Positions 24,860 through 38,930 of a stretch of DNA of 64,000 nucleotides are shown here, piece by piece. This stretch comes from an uncultured Candidatus Altimarinota bacterium (lineage in GTDB: Bacteria > Patescibacteriota > Gracilibacteria > BD1-5 > UBA2023). The notes under the pieces are model-generated. The model had not been told where the DNA came from. It was given only the letters and a program-made list of their open reading frames with translations, and did no database searches. A program made the position numbers and the translations under genes. The stretch covers positions 2,536-66,535 of the forward strand of contig CAKZJF010000082.1 in the NCBI GenBank assembly GCA_936941205.1. The letters run 5' to 3'. Each line of letters starts with the position of its first letter. Position 1 is the stretch's first letter.

Positions 24860-26224
24860 ATGGAACTCATCCAAAAGGTTCGCGGTATGCAAGATATCTT
24901 CGGGGAATATCAACGGTATTTCACATTTTTAAAAAAAGTGGCACGTCACGAATTTCGAAAAAATGGTTTTACCCGTATCACTACCCCTATCCTTGAACAC
25001 AAGGAACTTATTACTCACTCAACGGGAGAATCATCGGATATTGTAACAAAAGAAATGTATGATTTTCTTGATAAAAAAGGACGTGAGCTTGTTATGAAAC
25101 CAGAATCAACTCCTGGTGTGATGCGAGCGTATTTAGAAAATTTTCTTGCAGAACCACAACCAGTATATCTCTACTATATAGAACCACATTTTCGATATGA
25201 TCGACCTCAAAAAGGTCGCTATCGTCAATTTCATCAAGTAGGAGCTGAAATTATTGGAGAACAGGATGCTATTCTTGATGCAAAGATGATTTATACTATG
25301 GCAGCAATTCTTGATGGAATCGGACTCGCTGGAAAATATAAAGTAAAGATTAACTCTCTTGGAATTCCAAAAGAACGTGAACGTTATATTCTAGAACTTC
25401 AAGGATTTTTTGAAAACAAGAAACATCTTCTCGATGAGACTGATCTTGCTCGACTTGAAAAGAATCCGTTGAGACTCCTTGATTCTAAGAATGAAGATGT
25501 TCAAGAGCTTATGAAGGTAGCACCAAAAATTACTGATTTTCTAAAAAAAGAATCTCTTGATTATTACATGCAAGTCAAAGAATATCTTGATATTCTTTGA
25601 ATCGCATATGAGGAAGATTCGACTCTCGTTCGATGATTGGATTATTACTGTCACACTGTTTGGGAACTGGTAGATGGATCCGGAAGAACACAAGATGCTT
25701 TTGGTTGAGGTGGGCGATATGATGGACTCTCAAAAAGTATTGGATGGAAAGATGCAGTTCCAGCCGTTGGATTTGCATTCTGAGCAGAACGACTTATAGA
25801 AGCTATGATGGAATCCGGAGTACAACTCCGCAATAAAGATGCTATTCAACTTTTCTTTATTCAGTTATGAGATGATGCAAAAAAACTTGCACTTCCGCTC
25901 AGTATAGAAGCAAGAAATAAGGGAATCAATTCCCTTCTCTCACTTGGGACTCCATCTATTAAAACACAACTCAAAAAAGCAAATCGAGTGAATGCACGAT
26001 ATGTTGCAGTAATCGGTATTATGGAAGCAAAGAAATGAGTGTGTCAATTCAAAGACATGGAAAAATGAACCCAGGAAGAAGTTCCCCTCAATGAACTTAT
26101 AAGTAAAACGATATGACTCATTGGTGAAGAAAACCTTGATTTTTATCACCCATCAAAAGATTTTATATTAACAGATGGGGTTGAAAATAACTCACAAGGA
26201 AATCATGTGAATTCACTTTCATAA
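24860..26224 (+). CDS. hisS: histidine--tRNA ligase
   Basis: ORF 24860-25600 continues in frame across TGA. GMQD, RYRQFHQ, LVRGLDYY and GGGGRYDGL class II HisRS motifs. Stop TAA 26222-26224. Confidence 0.92.
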
Positions 26225-26231
26225 ATGAAAT

Positions 26232-26258
26232 AATACTCAGGATGATATCCTGAGTATT
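26232..26258 (+). terminator. rho-independent terminator of hisS
   Basis: aatactcagga / tcctgagtatt 11-bp stem with loop tgata. Weak T-tract. Confidence 0.6.
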
Positions 26259-26290
26259 TATAAATTATATCTTTTTAACCTAATTATCCT

Positions 26291-27250
26291 ATGTTACTTC
26301 CAGTTGTTCTTAAAAAACGTATTATCGCGATATATGGTGAAGAAAAAGGAAATACCGTATTTGCCGGTTGGGAAAAATCACGAATAGGTTCATTTCGAAT
26401 TAATACACTTGCCTATCCAAATATAGGAATCGATGAAATTCCTGAAGATATTGCAACCGAATTATGAGAAAAAAACATTATCATCACTCGTTTTTCTCCT
26501 CTCCCTCATACCTATACATATAGTCGAGATGACGAATATGCATTAAAATGAACACAAACATTTTATCAAGGAAAGATTTATATCCAAGGAATTGCAAGTA
26601 TGCTTCCAGTAAATGCATTGTGAATACAGAAAAATCACCATGTTCTTGATGTTTGTGCTGCCCCAGGATCAAAAACAACACAAATGGCTGCATCTATGGA
26701 AAATATTGGTTCTATTATCGCTATTGAACAAAATGCTATCAGAATGGATAAGCTTCAATACAATATATGACTCCAATGAGCACGATGTATTGAAACAGTA
26801 AAATCTGAAGCAATAAAATACCTCTCAACCTATTCTTGAAATTCATTTGATGCAATACTCCTCGATGCTCCATGTTCTGCTGAAGGAAGAATTCAAGTTT
26901 CCAATGAAAAAACATTTGGATTTTGGTCAATTGAGAATATTCGAAAGAAAGCAGAACTTCAATATGCTCTTCTTACAGAAGCTTGTAAACACCTCAAATC
27001 AAATGGTGTAATTGTCTATGCAACGTGTACTTTAGCACCCGAAGAGAATGAAGCCATTATTGATCAACTTCTGACTTCCTTTCCAGAAAGATATATACTT
27101 GAAGAAGTATGATTTTCAGGTATTGAAAGTATACCATGAATTCTTTCTTTTGGGGGGAAAACGTATCATAACGAAATAGAAAAAACCCTCCGGGTTCTTC
27201 CTACTGAATATACCGAAGGGTTCTATATTGCAAAAATACGAAAACTATAA
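26291..27250 (+). CDS. rRNA cytosine-C5 methyltransferase (NOL1/NOP2/Sun, RsmB/RsmF-like)
   Basis: 319 aa. LDVCAAPGSKT SAM motif, LLDAPCSAEG and ATCTLAPEENE catalytic Cys motifs. Stop TAA 27248-27250. Confidence 0.85.
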
Positions 27251-30200
27251 TTACTTTGCTGTACCATATACCCCATCATATACGGGTGGAGGATTAGATG
27301 ACGCAACTGGATTATACTCGATAATCACTGGATACTGAGCAAGATCTTCTGTTGTATTAGCAAATGGCTGTATAAGATCCATATCAGCACTTGTCACATT
27401 GCCACTCGTTTTATCAACAATTCATCCACCGGCAACAGTAGTAGTAGGTGTAATATGAGTTCCTGCAGGAACCATAATTCATGCTGTTCAACCAATTGCA
27501 CCAAGTCATGCATCTACGAGATAATAACGACGAAGGAAGTTCAGATCATATCGTTGAGCGACTTTATAGGAACATCCAGAGAGGAGAAAATATGGACACT
27601 TTGGAACTAAGAGACGAGATCCACCAATAGTATTTTCACTAATCACGGTTCCAAATATATGAAGCTGATTTTTTAGAATGGAAGCACTTGTATCAGGATC
27701 GAGAAAGTTTGTACCATCATAACTCATGATAGATTTTTCAGCAAAAATAGTTCCTACAATATTTGTAACACTCGGATCAATATAAACACTTCATCCAAAT
27801 CCAGATTCATCTTTCAATACTACAATACCGAGAACATCTTTTTCCAAATCATCATAGTACATATTTCCTTTAATATAGAGATTAACTCACTTTAGTACTA
27901 ATGTTCGTTTTCCGGAAATTCATACCGTAGAACCGGTATTTGCTGGAAATGCATAATTCATTTCAGAAGTTCCATTTCCATGAATATAGAGAACACTCTT
28001 ATTATTTGAAAGTTTTACGATATCACCAAATGCTGATCATCCAGCTGGAAATGATGTGGTATCATTTATAAGGGTTGAAGTAAGCCAGCTTGCAATGGGA
28101 GTAGTCTGGATATTTCGAATAAACTGATGCGTTCGTGCAATAATATCAGACTTACTAGTAAATTTACTCACCTGACCAATCAGGGTAAGGTCAGAAAGGA
28201 GTTGACCAGATACAAGATTGGAAGCATCTTCGGTTGTAGTACTTCCAACTATTTTCACATCTCGCTGACTTCCCATGGCATCATACGTAGTACCACTATG
28301 AAAGTTTCCACGTCCCATGATATCAGAGTTATAGAGAATATCCTTTCCATCAAGTTGATAATGAAGATGGGTGGAAAGATAGAGGTTAGAATTGAGTCCT
28401 ACGGTGTAACCAGGATTCTGAAGAAGACGAGTAAAGAGATCATATGGAGTTCCTGTAGCTGGAGGATTTACGGTAATCGCGTCTTTAATTCAAGCAAGTG
28501 AGGCAATAGGAGTATTATCAACATAAGTACGTACGGTTCCTCCTTTAAAATTAAATTGATTTACATCGGTACTTCCACTAAACTCAAGTTCGAGAAAATT
28601 CGAACTCATAGCAGTACGCGAACCAGTTCGAGCAAACAGTATATCTGATTCCTGAACTGCCCCCTCGATAAATCCACCATCTCGCAGCTCTTTTCGTATA
28701 ACAGTCGTATACATTGGAGAAAAATCAAGGTGAATACCTGGATCAACTACTTCTGGATTTAAATCATAGAGACAATCCGGATTATTTGCACTTGGTGCAT
28801 TAGCTATAAGACACTCTGATTTTACTGGAGTTGAATTTGCTTGATTATGAAAAAGACCTGCATGAGTAATTATTACTTGTGCATCACTAATATTGAACTC
28901 AGCATCCGGATCGGCTCTATAATTATGTTTGGTTGGAGTATATACTTTGAATCGAAATGGATAGCTTCCAGTTCACCAAGGTACTGATGGTTGATCTTGA
29001 AATGAACCACTTCCATGTGTCATAGTAAGAGTAGATGCAAAGTCCGGTATTCAAGAGGTTATATCGAATATATCTCTTTCGTATAATCCATTTCACTCTT
29101 GGGTGGCAAGAGGTTGTTCATTTCCAATTACATCTATAAGATCATCTGGTGTAGCAATAAATACAGAGGACTCGCCACTTCTATTATATTGATCCAAATA
29201 CATGGAATTATCATAGAGGAATTGAAATTGGAGTTTTCTATCTATAGAGGTTCGTTTGATTGGAATAATTGGATTATCATAGCCATCTTTTAGAGATATT
29301 TCTAACTCCGCGGTAGTACCATTCGCAATTTGTTGAGGATTTCATGATCACCGAATTATTCAAGAACCGTGTGTTTCAGAGGCATACATTTCCCAAAGTG
29401 GATTTGCATATACATTAAAGTAAAAATCACGGACCCCCTGCAATGCACTATTATAAATAGTTCATAGTACATAGGTTGTTGGTGTATCTGGATTACCAAC
29501 TACAGCTGGTTCTAAATCCCATCCAAGTGTTGATTGATTCCCTGGTGCACAATTCCCTGCCTCATCACATATTTGAATAATTCTCTGAACATAGACGCGC
29601 CCTTCTTTATCAGGACCTCAAAATTCTGTTCCAGTATGATAATCATTTGATACCTTACTAATATCCTTAATAACATCTAGCGTTGCATAATCATTTTCCG
29701 GAGTACTATCATCCGCAGGATCATCATCTCGAGAATTATCTTCCAATAGTAGAAATTGACTTGGTGTACTTACATCTTCAAAAACAGAACGTATCTCAAC
29801 AATAGGAGAACCACTATGTGGATCAGAGGTTATGACAAAATGCTGCACTCAGAATTCCGTAGGACTATCACTGGTTGCAAGAAAATCTTTTCCATGAGTA
29901 ACAGAGGCAAGCTCAGTGGTAGTTGGATTTGGGAGGACTGTATCAACTTTGATAATTGAAGTTCCGGTATTCCACTCAGATTGGTTAAGTGCATAATCGC
30001 GAGCCCGAGCCCGAAATTTATATGCACGGTGTGCTCAGGTAAGTATGGTGGTATCGGTATATACAAAAAGTAGGCTTTCCGCATTTTGACCATGGGTATA
30101 AGGTGATATCGTTTCGGTAAAATCAGTCATCATTCCAAATGGATTGAGAGATAATAAGATACTGGTATTTCAATCAAGTGGAGTATAATTCGGACTATTA

Positions 30201-32467
30201 TGGAAGTATGTATCATAACTTGTTGTACGCAAGTTATTTGCAACACGAAGCCAGGTTCCATTCCATGCACTAAAGCCGGGGGCATCATCTGCATATTGCA
30301 TCTCAACTTCTACTTCCTTTAAACCTGATCAACCGGTATCGGTTAAGGTAATTTCCATTGGTATTTGACCAGTTGGACTCCATATTCCATCACCAATATC
30401 ATAATCTGTATTCGTCCATCAATCATAATATACAAGAGTGGTTACAATTGGTGGGGTTGAATCCCAATAGTCACACATCATATTTCCAACCAAGTCACCA
30501 CCAGTAGTTCGAGCCTGAATATAATAATAGGTTGAAACATCTATAGCTCAAATAAGATCTGTAATGCCTAATGGAGAATATATAAAATCATACACCCCTG
30601 GAGCTACTCATGATACTCCTGATAACGGTACATTAAAAGGATTATATGAAAGTATACTTATATCATCAGTTTCTCCATCAGGATCACACCAAGCAATATC
30701 TTCTGCAACAGTTCAATTGGGAACTCTTGTATAGGTTTCTGGATGATTTCCATACCAATAATTTGGAGTTATTAAAGTAGTAGGGAGAATTCATGTTGGT
30801 GATCAAGCTGGTAAAACTGGTGCTGGAGTAGTAGATCATGTTAGCATGGTTGCACTACAATTTTTTGTTGCACTATTATGTGAACATGTCCAAGTATAAA
30901 CCTCTACTCAAGGTATAGAAGTATCAAGGGTGACACTTCCGGCAGTAGCAGATACTGGAGCACAACGTCAAGGAGTTGCCGTGGTAACAGCAGATACTTG
31001 CAATCAAGTTATTCCACAACCAGGATGTTCATAGGTTGCACTACATTCCATAGATGATCAAACAGCATTTTTGCATGACCAATTATAGATAGTTGTATAA
31101 TTATTTGGATTACTATCAGTAAAAAAACCAACCGTAAATGGTGTTGCACAAACATTTAAACTTCCAGAGTTAATCACAGCCGTCAAAGTTGTACCAGATA
31201 AGCTTCAGCAACTTGCTGGTGTGCTTCATGTACATTGAGTATTACAATATCCTGCTGTTCCATTCAAGGCGCCATCATCACAAAACTCATTAAAATTCGT
31301 AGCAGGATCAATAGTAGAACTTGATCAGGTTACAATGCCATCTCCACACCAATTTCCTCTAAAAGTATAACATGTATTTGATGATGCTCATGTATTTGCA
31401 TTAAAGGCACGGAGGGTTCAGGAAGATGCAGAATTAACATTTTCAACAAGTGCAGTATCTGTTCAGGGAAGAGAAATCTTTTGAAGTTCACGAGTATCCT
31501 TTGTATCACAAACACGATAGGAAGAATTATATCTCCAGTCAGTTCCATCATAATAGAGTCAACCAACTGCGGATGTTCCATTTCCAACTATAGCAATTAA
31601 AACAGACGGACTCATATTAGACCCACTGTATTTCTTCAGGGCTTTTGTTGTTGAATCATACTGATAAAAGAATCCAGTAAGATTATCTTTTACGACACTT
31701 GGAGTATATCCATTAATTAGCGAATATCCATTCACTGGAATGTTTGATTCTACATAATTCACAGCTCATGAACTCTTTGTGAAACAACTCCACGTAATTA
31801 AAGTGCCTGGAGTAACAAGTTCCCAAGTGATAGGAGTTCATCCGTGTGAATTACAAAAGAGTTTCCCAGCAGGAACTCATGAATATATATAGTTTCCATA
31901 TATATCTTTACTATTCAATTCATAATACATTGAACTTCTAATTCGCATCCGAGCCACTTCATTACCAACATCAGACAAGGTTAATGCTGATGGCTTTAAT
32001 CAAATTCACAAGAGTGATTGTATTTGTCCTGGATCAATGTTAAACTTTGGAATAATTCAAACATAATCACCGACATCTCCTGCAAGAAAGAAATTTGAAT
32101 AGGTTACCCATGTCATTGGAAAAGTTAACTTTGATCTTCCATATATTTCTATTAATGAACCACTTTCATCTAGTATACCTGTTGAACTTAAGGGACTTGT
32201 TAAATTATAGTCTATAGGGATAGATTTTGAACCTGTTCGAGTAACCGTTGACTGAAACATATACTCATGACCATATAATGCAGTATTATAATATCAAGGG
32301 ACTCCATATAAATTCACTGATGTTACTGTATCACATCAAGTAGGAAATGCTGGAGAAGTTCATAAATCTGTAATTGGTACAGCTGCAAGTATTATAAGTT
32401 GTGTACTATAATAGTAACAAGTTATAAAAGCTATCAGATATACAATATACCTATGAAGAATTTGCAT
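27251..32467 (-). CDS. giant secreted/surface protein (1738 aa)
   Basis: ORFs 27506-27727, 28037-28318, 28490-28714, 29618-29848, 31559-31762 and 32057-32260 are all in one frame with ATG 32467 and TAA 27251-27253. N-terminal TM/signal segment. xWxC..C modules. C-terminal module resembles the C-terminus of the 1955-6837 protein. Confidence 0.8.
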
Positions 32468-32667
32468 ACAAAAAAATTATATTAATACCATCATAGCATG
32501 TAATTTTAAAAAAGTCATATATTTGAGATATATATGTTAAAAATACCTATTGATATATATATAAAAGTATTTTTAAATGAATTACGATATTTCCGTAAAT
32601 TCATAGAATTTACTATTCACAAATAGTAGATATACTCCATTTCGTTATTTTCTGGAAGAAAAAAATT

Positions 32668-34020
32668 ATGCAAATATTATACTATATATCGATAGCTATA
32701 TTTATATACGGTAACTATAAAATAGTTTTATCGGACTTTAGAGAGAAAAAAATACCTAATAAATATATTGTATTCTTACTGTGTCTTCTTCCTATATACT
32801 ATTGAATACTTCAAATAATGGGGGAATCTATCTCGATTCAAGAGATCTTATTACAAACACTCATTTCAATTCTCATATCATTTTTTTTATATTATTATTG
32901 AATTTGGTCTGCAGGAGATGCGAAATATGTACTTGTACTTTCTTTATTCCTTCCAAATAATGGAATTATTCCTTTTATAGGAAATATCTGACTCATAACA
33001 CTTTTCTACTTATTTGGTTATTTTCTTTATTTTTATTTCTATCGATGCTTATTTGATTGGAAATATACCAAGGAGCTATCAAATAAGGTACTATACGGAA
33101 TAAAAGAATCCATATATTCGTACATATATATTTCAGACAATAAAAAATCACTTCTTATTCGAATTATTAAATACATACTCATCTTTATTATACTCTTTGT
33201 AAGTATACGACTAGTTCGAATGTATTTGTATGAGTATTTCTTTGTTGCACGTGATAATTATGGATACATATTCGAGTTTATTAAAAATAATCCAACTCTT
33301 ATAATTATTACCATACTAGTTACCATCTTTCTAATGAATATACTTATAAGAAAGATGGTAACTATTCTAAAAGAATATATTCATAGTAAATTCTCAAAAA
33401 ACTCTTCTCACTCATATCTCAAGGATATTATCTTCCTGTTCATCTTATATATTCCATTTTGTTCATTTATATGGTATGAATATACTCTTAATCCAAATGA
33501 ACTTACATCACATATATATACCATATTCACATTCTCACTTGCCTTCTTCTTTTTTGCAAAGGTGAGTTATTATATATACACTCTAACCTTTCAGTTATCC
33601 GAAACTGAAATTATTCCGATTAAGAAACTTTCCATCGGAGATATTGTGGATAAGAATTATCTTACAAAGTTATTTTGAGATCAAAAAGCCCTATGATACT
33701 GCCATAATATCAAAAAAGTAGATGAAAATAATGAACAAAAATGACTTCTTCTCTATCCAAGACCAAAAGAATATTTTTCAAATATACATAACCCAATTGA
33801 TGAAGAAGAATGGGCGAAGCTACAAGAAATATATAAAATCGTAAATGATTATCATAGATATATTCCTTGATATGCCTCGGTAGAAAATATCAAAATACTT
33901 CGTACATTTGCTTTCTGATTTTATATATTTCTAGGTTTTCTGATAACTTACTTTCAATGAGATATCATCGCAAGAAAGATTATAACAACATTAATTCAGT
34001 TATTTCATAACAACCTTTAA
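32668..34020 (+). CDS. A24-family prepilin peptidase-like membrane protein with long extra C-terminal domain
   Basis: 450 aa. LSDFREKKIPN (first Asp motif, CpaA/TadV-like) and WSAGDAKYVL (GxGDxKL-like second Asp motif) in a polytopic N-terminal half. ORF 33220-33678 is in frame. Stop TAA 34018-34020. Confidence 0.7.
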
Positions 34021-34955
34021 GATCATATCCTCTGAATAATTTCTAATAATTCAGTTTTTGATACCTTTTGAGGATACACATGAACAAAATCATAGAATTT
34101 CTTCTTTTCATATACTCAAGAACATATTGCATTCAGATCACACTGTAAACAAGAAACATCTTTCTCATGATAAAAATCTGTTTCACGAATTTCTTCACGA
34201 AAATCAAGAAAATGAATAATACGTTCCTCATTTTTTACAATTTTTCTCGTTTCGGTAGAACAATGTTCATATCAACGAATATAGCAGAGTGGCATTTTTT
34301 CTACACGAAAGGTTCGTCATGTGCTCGTTAAAAAATCCATGGCTCGTTTCAATGATGGTTGGAAACTATCAAAATCCGGAATGGTAGATAGTGCCGTGGA
34401 TGTTTTTCTCATCATTTCCGGATCAAGATTATTCCAGACAAAATGTTTTATCTGTGGAAAATATTTTACAAGGAACTGAACGGTTTTATCAAGATGTCCA
34501 CTATTATAGTGATTAATTACTGTATTAATCTGGACGCGTACTCATAATGAAAGAGCATTTGATATTGATCTCATCAATTTTTGATAACTCCCTGGAGTAT
34601 CAGTCAAAAAATCATGTACAGATTCAAAACATGAATAAAGAGAAAAATGTACGAGTTCCAATCATGCAGTGGAAAGCTTCTGTATATAACGAATATCAGC
34701 ACACATCATGCCATTTGAAATCATACGATTTCATAATCCAATTTTCTTAGAATATTCAATCCATTTTGGGAGATTTGGAGATAATGTTGGTTCTCACCCT
34801 GTAAATATCACACCTGAATATTGTTTTGTTTTAAAGTCATTTAATAATTCAATTCATCTTTCGAGTGAAATATTTTTCCCATTCGATGGATTTGAACAAA
34901 AATGGCATCAATTATTACAATGTCGATTTACTTGAATGTATCAAATATTTGCCAT
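34017..34955 (-). CDS. radical SAM protein, twitch/SPASM-like C-terminus (island rSAM 1)
   Basis: 312 aa. VNRHCNNGCHFC (CxxxCxxC), FTGGEPT with a TGA Gly, C-terminal CLQCDLNAICSG (Cx2Cx5CxG). Its stop overlaps the stop of the convergent A24 gene. Confidence 0.8.
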
Positions 34956-34958
34956 GTT

Positions 34959-36230
34959 TTATTGAATAGGTTGTAATATTTTAAATCCATAGGAACGAAT
35001 AAAATTGATATGTATTCACTGACAATTTTTATTATATACACATGAATCACACCTCAAAGATTTCTTTCTATAGAAATCTGAAATATACCTCTTCGTGTAG
35101 CCATCAAGAGTATATGTTTCATCATCATAATCGAGATGAGATGTGAATATTCCAGTTCCTCATAAACATTTTGGAATATTTATAAGTGGCTTTCGGAAAT
35201 TGCGGAGTTTTTCTTGGAATTCTCAAATAGTAAATCCATATTTTTCAAATACCTGACTTGGAAACTCTTCTCAATTTATAACCTCATACTCATTCAATCC
35301 ATTGATTTTTTCGATATGACTATGAGTTATAAAATTATGACAAAACTGTTTCTGAAAACAATAGTTACAAGCATCTCAGTAGCATTGCGGTTTTATTTTT
35401 CCTTTCGATTGAATAAATGGAGCAAACATTTCATAGGATTCGCCCATGACTTCGGATTTTATTTTTCGTGGATCTTGTATAAGGTCTTCATACCCCTCAA
35501 AAGCCTCGGGAGGAAAACGATTTGTCCACATATACATACCGGGAATTTTTGATAATTCCCAGGTTTTTTGAAGAATTTGAATATTGGATTGGAGATCATA
35601 AAATAATGATTCTTTATTTTCTTGAAATCATCGTCCAAATGGAATAATTTGCAAAATATCGTATTCATAGACCCCTATTTTCATAAAAAATTTCACGATC
35701 TCATCCAAATACAAGACATTGAATTTATTTACTACAATATCAATATTCACTATAATATGTGGATAATATTTTTTTATAAATATTAATGCTTTCAAGGATT
35801 TCTTAAAAGCTCAAGGAGTTGCAACCAGATAATCATGCAAGGTTGAATTATGTCCATGAAATGAAAATGTCACCTCATCCAATCATGCATCAAAAACCTT
35901 CTTACAAAAATTTTCAGAAAAAAACATATTCCCATTTGTCACCGTTTGAACTCTACTATATCCGATTTCTTTAGCATATTGGATATATCATGAAAATTTG
36001 GGATTAATACTGGCTTCCCCTCCGGAGATTATAACCCTATTATCATATCCGATTTTATATCAAGTTTTTATTTGATTTCTTATAATATCTTCCTGAGGGA
36101 AAGTCCCATTTTGGGCATCACTATCAAGACAAAATATGCACTTATTATTACAAGCAGAGGCAATACGAATCCATATGCGATTTTGTTTTGTAGTTTTTTC
36201 TTTTTCTAATAAATTTATACGATTTTTCAT
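34959..36230 (-). CDS. radical SAM protein, SPASM-like (island rSAM 2)
   Basis: 423 aa. IASACNNKCIFC, ISGGEAS, CYGDACNYCFQKQFC and CDSCVYNKNCQG. Start taken at the ATG 1 nt after the upstream stop. Stop lies 3 nt before the next ATG. Confidence 0.8.
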
Positions 36231-36231
36231 T

Positions 36232-37197
36232 CTATATTTCTCAAGTAATAGGAATAATAGCTGATTCTCAGAATTGTTCAAAATATATTTTTGGTATCCC
36301 CATACATTTCTGTTGATACACACACTGAGCACATTTTGTTGTTTTCATCATATTTTCATCTCAGACATTTACATCAACACCAATCGGTATCACCTCTCAT
36401 CTATTTATAACTAATTGAGAGAAAAAACAATAAGGTAACTGACAAAATCATCAAAAACCATAATCTATGGTAATATCATTATTAAAACTATGTGGATGTA
36501 AATTAATAAGTTGAACAATACAATCATAAGGCACAAGAAATTTCTTATGATTTGATTTATTTGGATATATAATAGAAAAAACTAAATGTATCCTTCATGT
36601 AAATGGTCAAAAAACCTTTTTTAGGAAAACTAAGTACTCTCAATATTGGTTATAATTATATTTATTTATAACCAAATTAAGTTTTACACTTCAATGTGGA
36701 AAGTTTTGATATAAGTGAATAATTCATTTTATTGCTTTACTATAATGAGTAGACTGAGTCAGCATATTGTATACTTTACATATATGTGAATGAAATGAGA
36801 CAAAGAATCGTATTTTATCTTTATATGGAAGGTATTTTTTTATAAATAATGGCGAGGCAAATAAAACAGCATTTGTCTGTACCTTAATAAAACAGCCATT
36901 ATGATATAAATAATCAATCAAATCATGAAATTGACTATATAAAGTTGGCTCTCATCAGGAAAGACAAAAAGTTATACTATACTCTTTATATTTGGAAATA
37001 GCATAGTTAATAATTTCCTTCAGAATCAGGAATTCAATCTCAGTTTTTGTAAGATTTGTACTACAAAAAAGACATCATTCATTGCAATATTTTGTTATGC
37101 GAATAATATATTCTATCTTATATCCTTGGATATTTATGTTTATATCCCCTATTGATCGATAATAATTAATTATTTCAAGTATCTTAATCTCAGTCAT
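36232..37197 (-). CDS. radical SAM protein, twitch/SPASM-like (island rSAM 3)
   Basis: 321 aa. ITKYCNEGCLFC, LSGGEPT (both Gly TGA), C-terminal CAQCVYQQKCMG. Confidence 0.8.
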
Positions 37198-37906
37198 ATA
37201 TTTGAATTAGGACCTGAATCTGTTTTATTTGTTCTTTAATAATTAGCCTATCTCAATATCCAAGTTTGTAATTCGATAATAGTTCATCGAGTGCATACTT
37301 ATATATTTCATATGTATTATATGGAAAAATATAGGATTCAAGAAAAGAATTCATATAAGCATTACTGGAATTAAGTAGAATTCTTGATAAATCCTTTTCT
37401 CTTGCTCATAATCAATAATCCAGTAAATCAAATATCCCAATCTGACCATGATTTAAGAAGAAATTACTGGGATGAATATTTCAATGAATATAGCTATCTT
37501 TATGAAGTATATTACAGAATAAAGCTAGTTTTTCTGGTTCAATCTGCAGAAATGATTCCATCTTACTATAATTAAGACGAATATTTTCAATCTCAGCATA
37601 GTAAAAACGATTATTTCATATTTTAATTTCTCACTTATAGTCATAAAGAGGAGTACAAATTCCTTTTTTTTGAAGAATATGAAAGTTCGCCTTCTCTCTC
37701 AAATGAAAATTACAAGATACTCACACATCAGACAAGTAATCGGAAGAAAAATAATATTTCATTACAACTTTTCCTCCTAATGGAATAACAATAAATCATA
37801 CATTTGCATATCGTATAGTACAATACTCTCAATATGTACGTCTAATAAATTGCTGTATATTGTTATCACTCTCAAGAATTTTTCGGATATACTGAAGGTG
37901 TATCAT
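37184..37906 (-). CDS. APH/choline-kinase-like phosphotransferase
   Basis: 240 aa. VVMKYY Lys, HGNIHPSNFF (HGDxHxxN-like) and IFDLLDYG (DFG-like). Overlaps both neighbours. An alternative ATG lies at 37939. Confidence 0.55.
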
Positions 37907-38930
37907 TTTGTAAAAAATATAGAATCTTATTAGTTGCATACTCTCTTCCAACAAACTCAATCCAATTCTTATAAAATCACAAGCAATATGTATTATATTG
38001 ACATCATGAACATTCTGGTAGCTTCTCTTTTTCTTTCCATAAAATTTTATAACTCTCTAGATTTCATATATTTATTTTTCTAGAAGATGTATCATCCTCT
38101 AATTTTCTTAATTTTATATATTCCAAATTCAAGATAGGCTCATGAATAATACAAAGTGGAGGAGATGTAAAGTGGAAGTCAGGGTAAATATTATTCTTAT
38201 AGCACAGTGCTAATACATCCTGTATACATCTTATTTGTTCAATAGAGTAATCTAATAAAATATCATCTTGATTTAAGAAAGCATATCAATGAGGCTGAAC
38301 AAATCAAAATGAAATCTTATACGTATTCCTTTCTCCATCATTTGCATCAGGTGTTATGAGTCTTACAAAATTACTTATAATAAGAAATTCAATATAATCA
38401 TATAATCCAAAAAGATTCATCTTAGTAATAACAATATTTAGATTAATACTTATAAGGGTATGAATATTATTTTCATATATATATTTTACCCAATCCGTAA
38501 ATTCTTGAATATTGGTATAACTTCATAATTTCTTATTTATAAAATCATCATGAGAATGATGTGCTAAAAATATATCATCTGCCCCAGAATTTATAAGATG
38601 AAATATGTAATCTTTTTCTTGAAAGAGCCGAATTCCATTTGTTTGTATTTGAATATTTCAAATTCCAATTTTTTTAGCAAGTTGAATATATTTTCACAAA
38701 TTTTTACTTAATGTTGGCTCTCATCATGAAAATGATAAAATCATATATTCACGTTCCTGAGCGGTATATTTCTTGACAAGTGAGAGGATTTGAAATATTA
38801 CCTGTCTTGAGGAAATATCATGCTTTCAAAAATTATTCGTCTTTGAAACATTACAAAATTTACATCTCCAATTACATTTATAGGTAACTCGGATAATCTC
38901 ATTGATGTAAATACGTTCGATATTTTGCAT
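37863..38930 (-). CDS. radical SAM protein, twitch/SPASM-like (island rSAM 4)
   Basis: 355 aa. VTYKCNWRCKFC, FSGGEPT (TGA TGA at 38721-38726), C-terminal CSGCQYNTYCLG. Confidence 0.8.

Noticed and set aside
34959-36368. Longer version of island rSAM 2 starting at ATG 36368.
   Set aside because: It would overlap by 137 nt the clearly conserved C-terminal Cys motif of the upstream rSAM gene. An ATG 1 nt after that gene's stop gives a normal N-terminus about 24 aa before CxxxCxxC.
37907-38090. Upstream extension of the kinase frame (..VIKFYGKKKRSYQN..), which looks kinase-like.
   Set aside because: No start codon upstream of ATG 37939, and the stretch overlaps the conserved C-terminal Cys motif region of rSAM 4. 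An open frame in AT-rich sequence can arise by chance.
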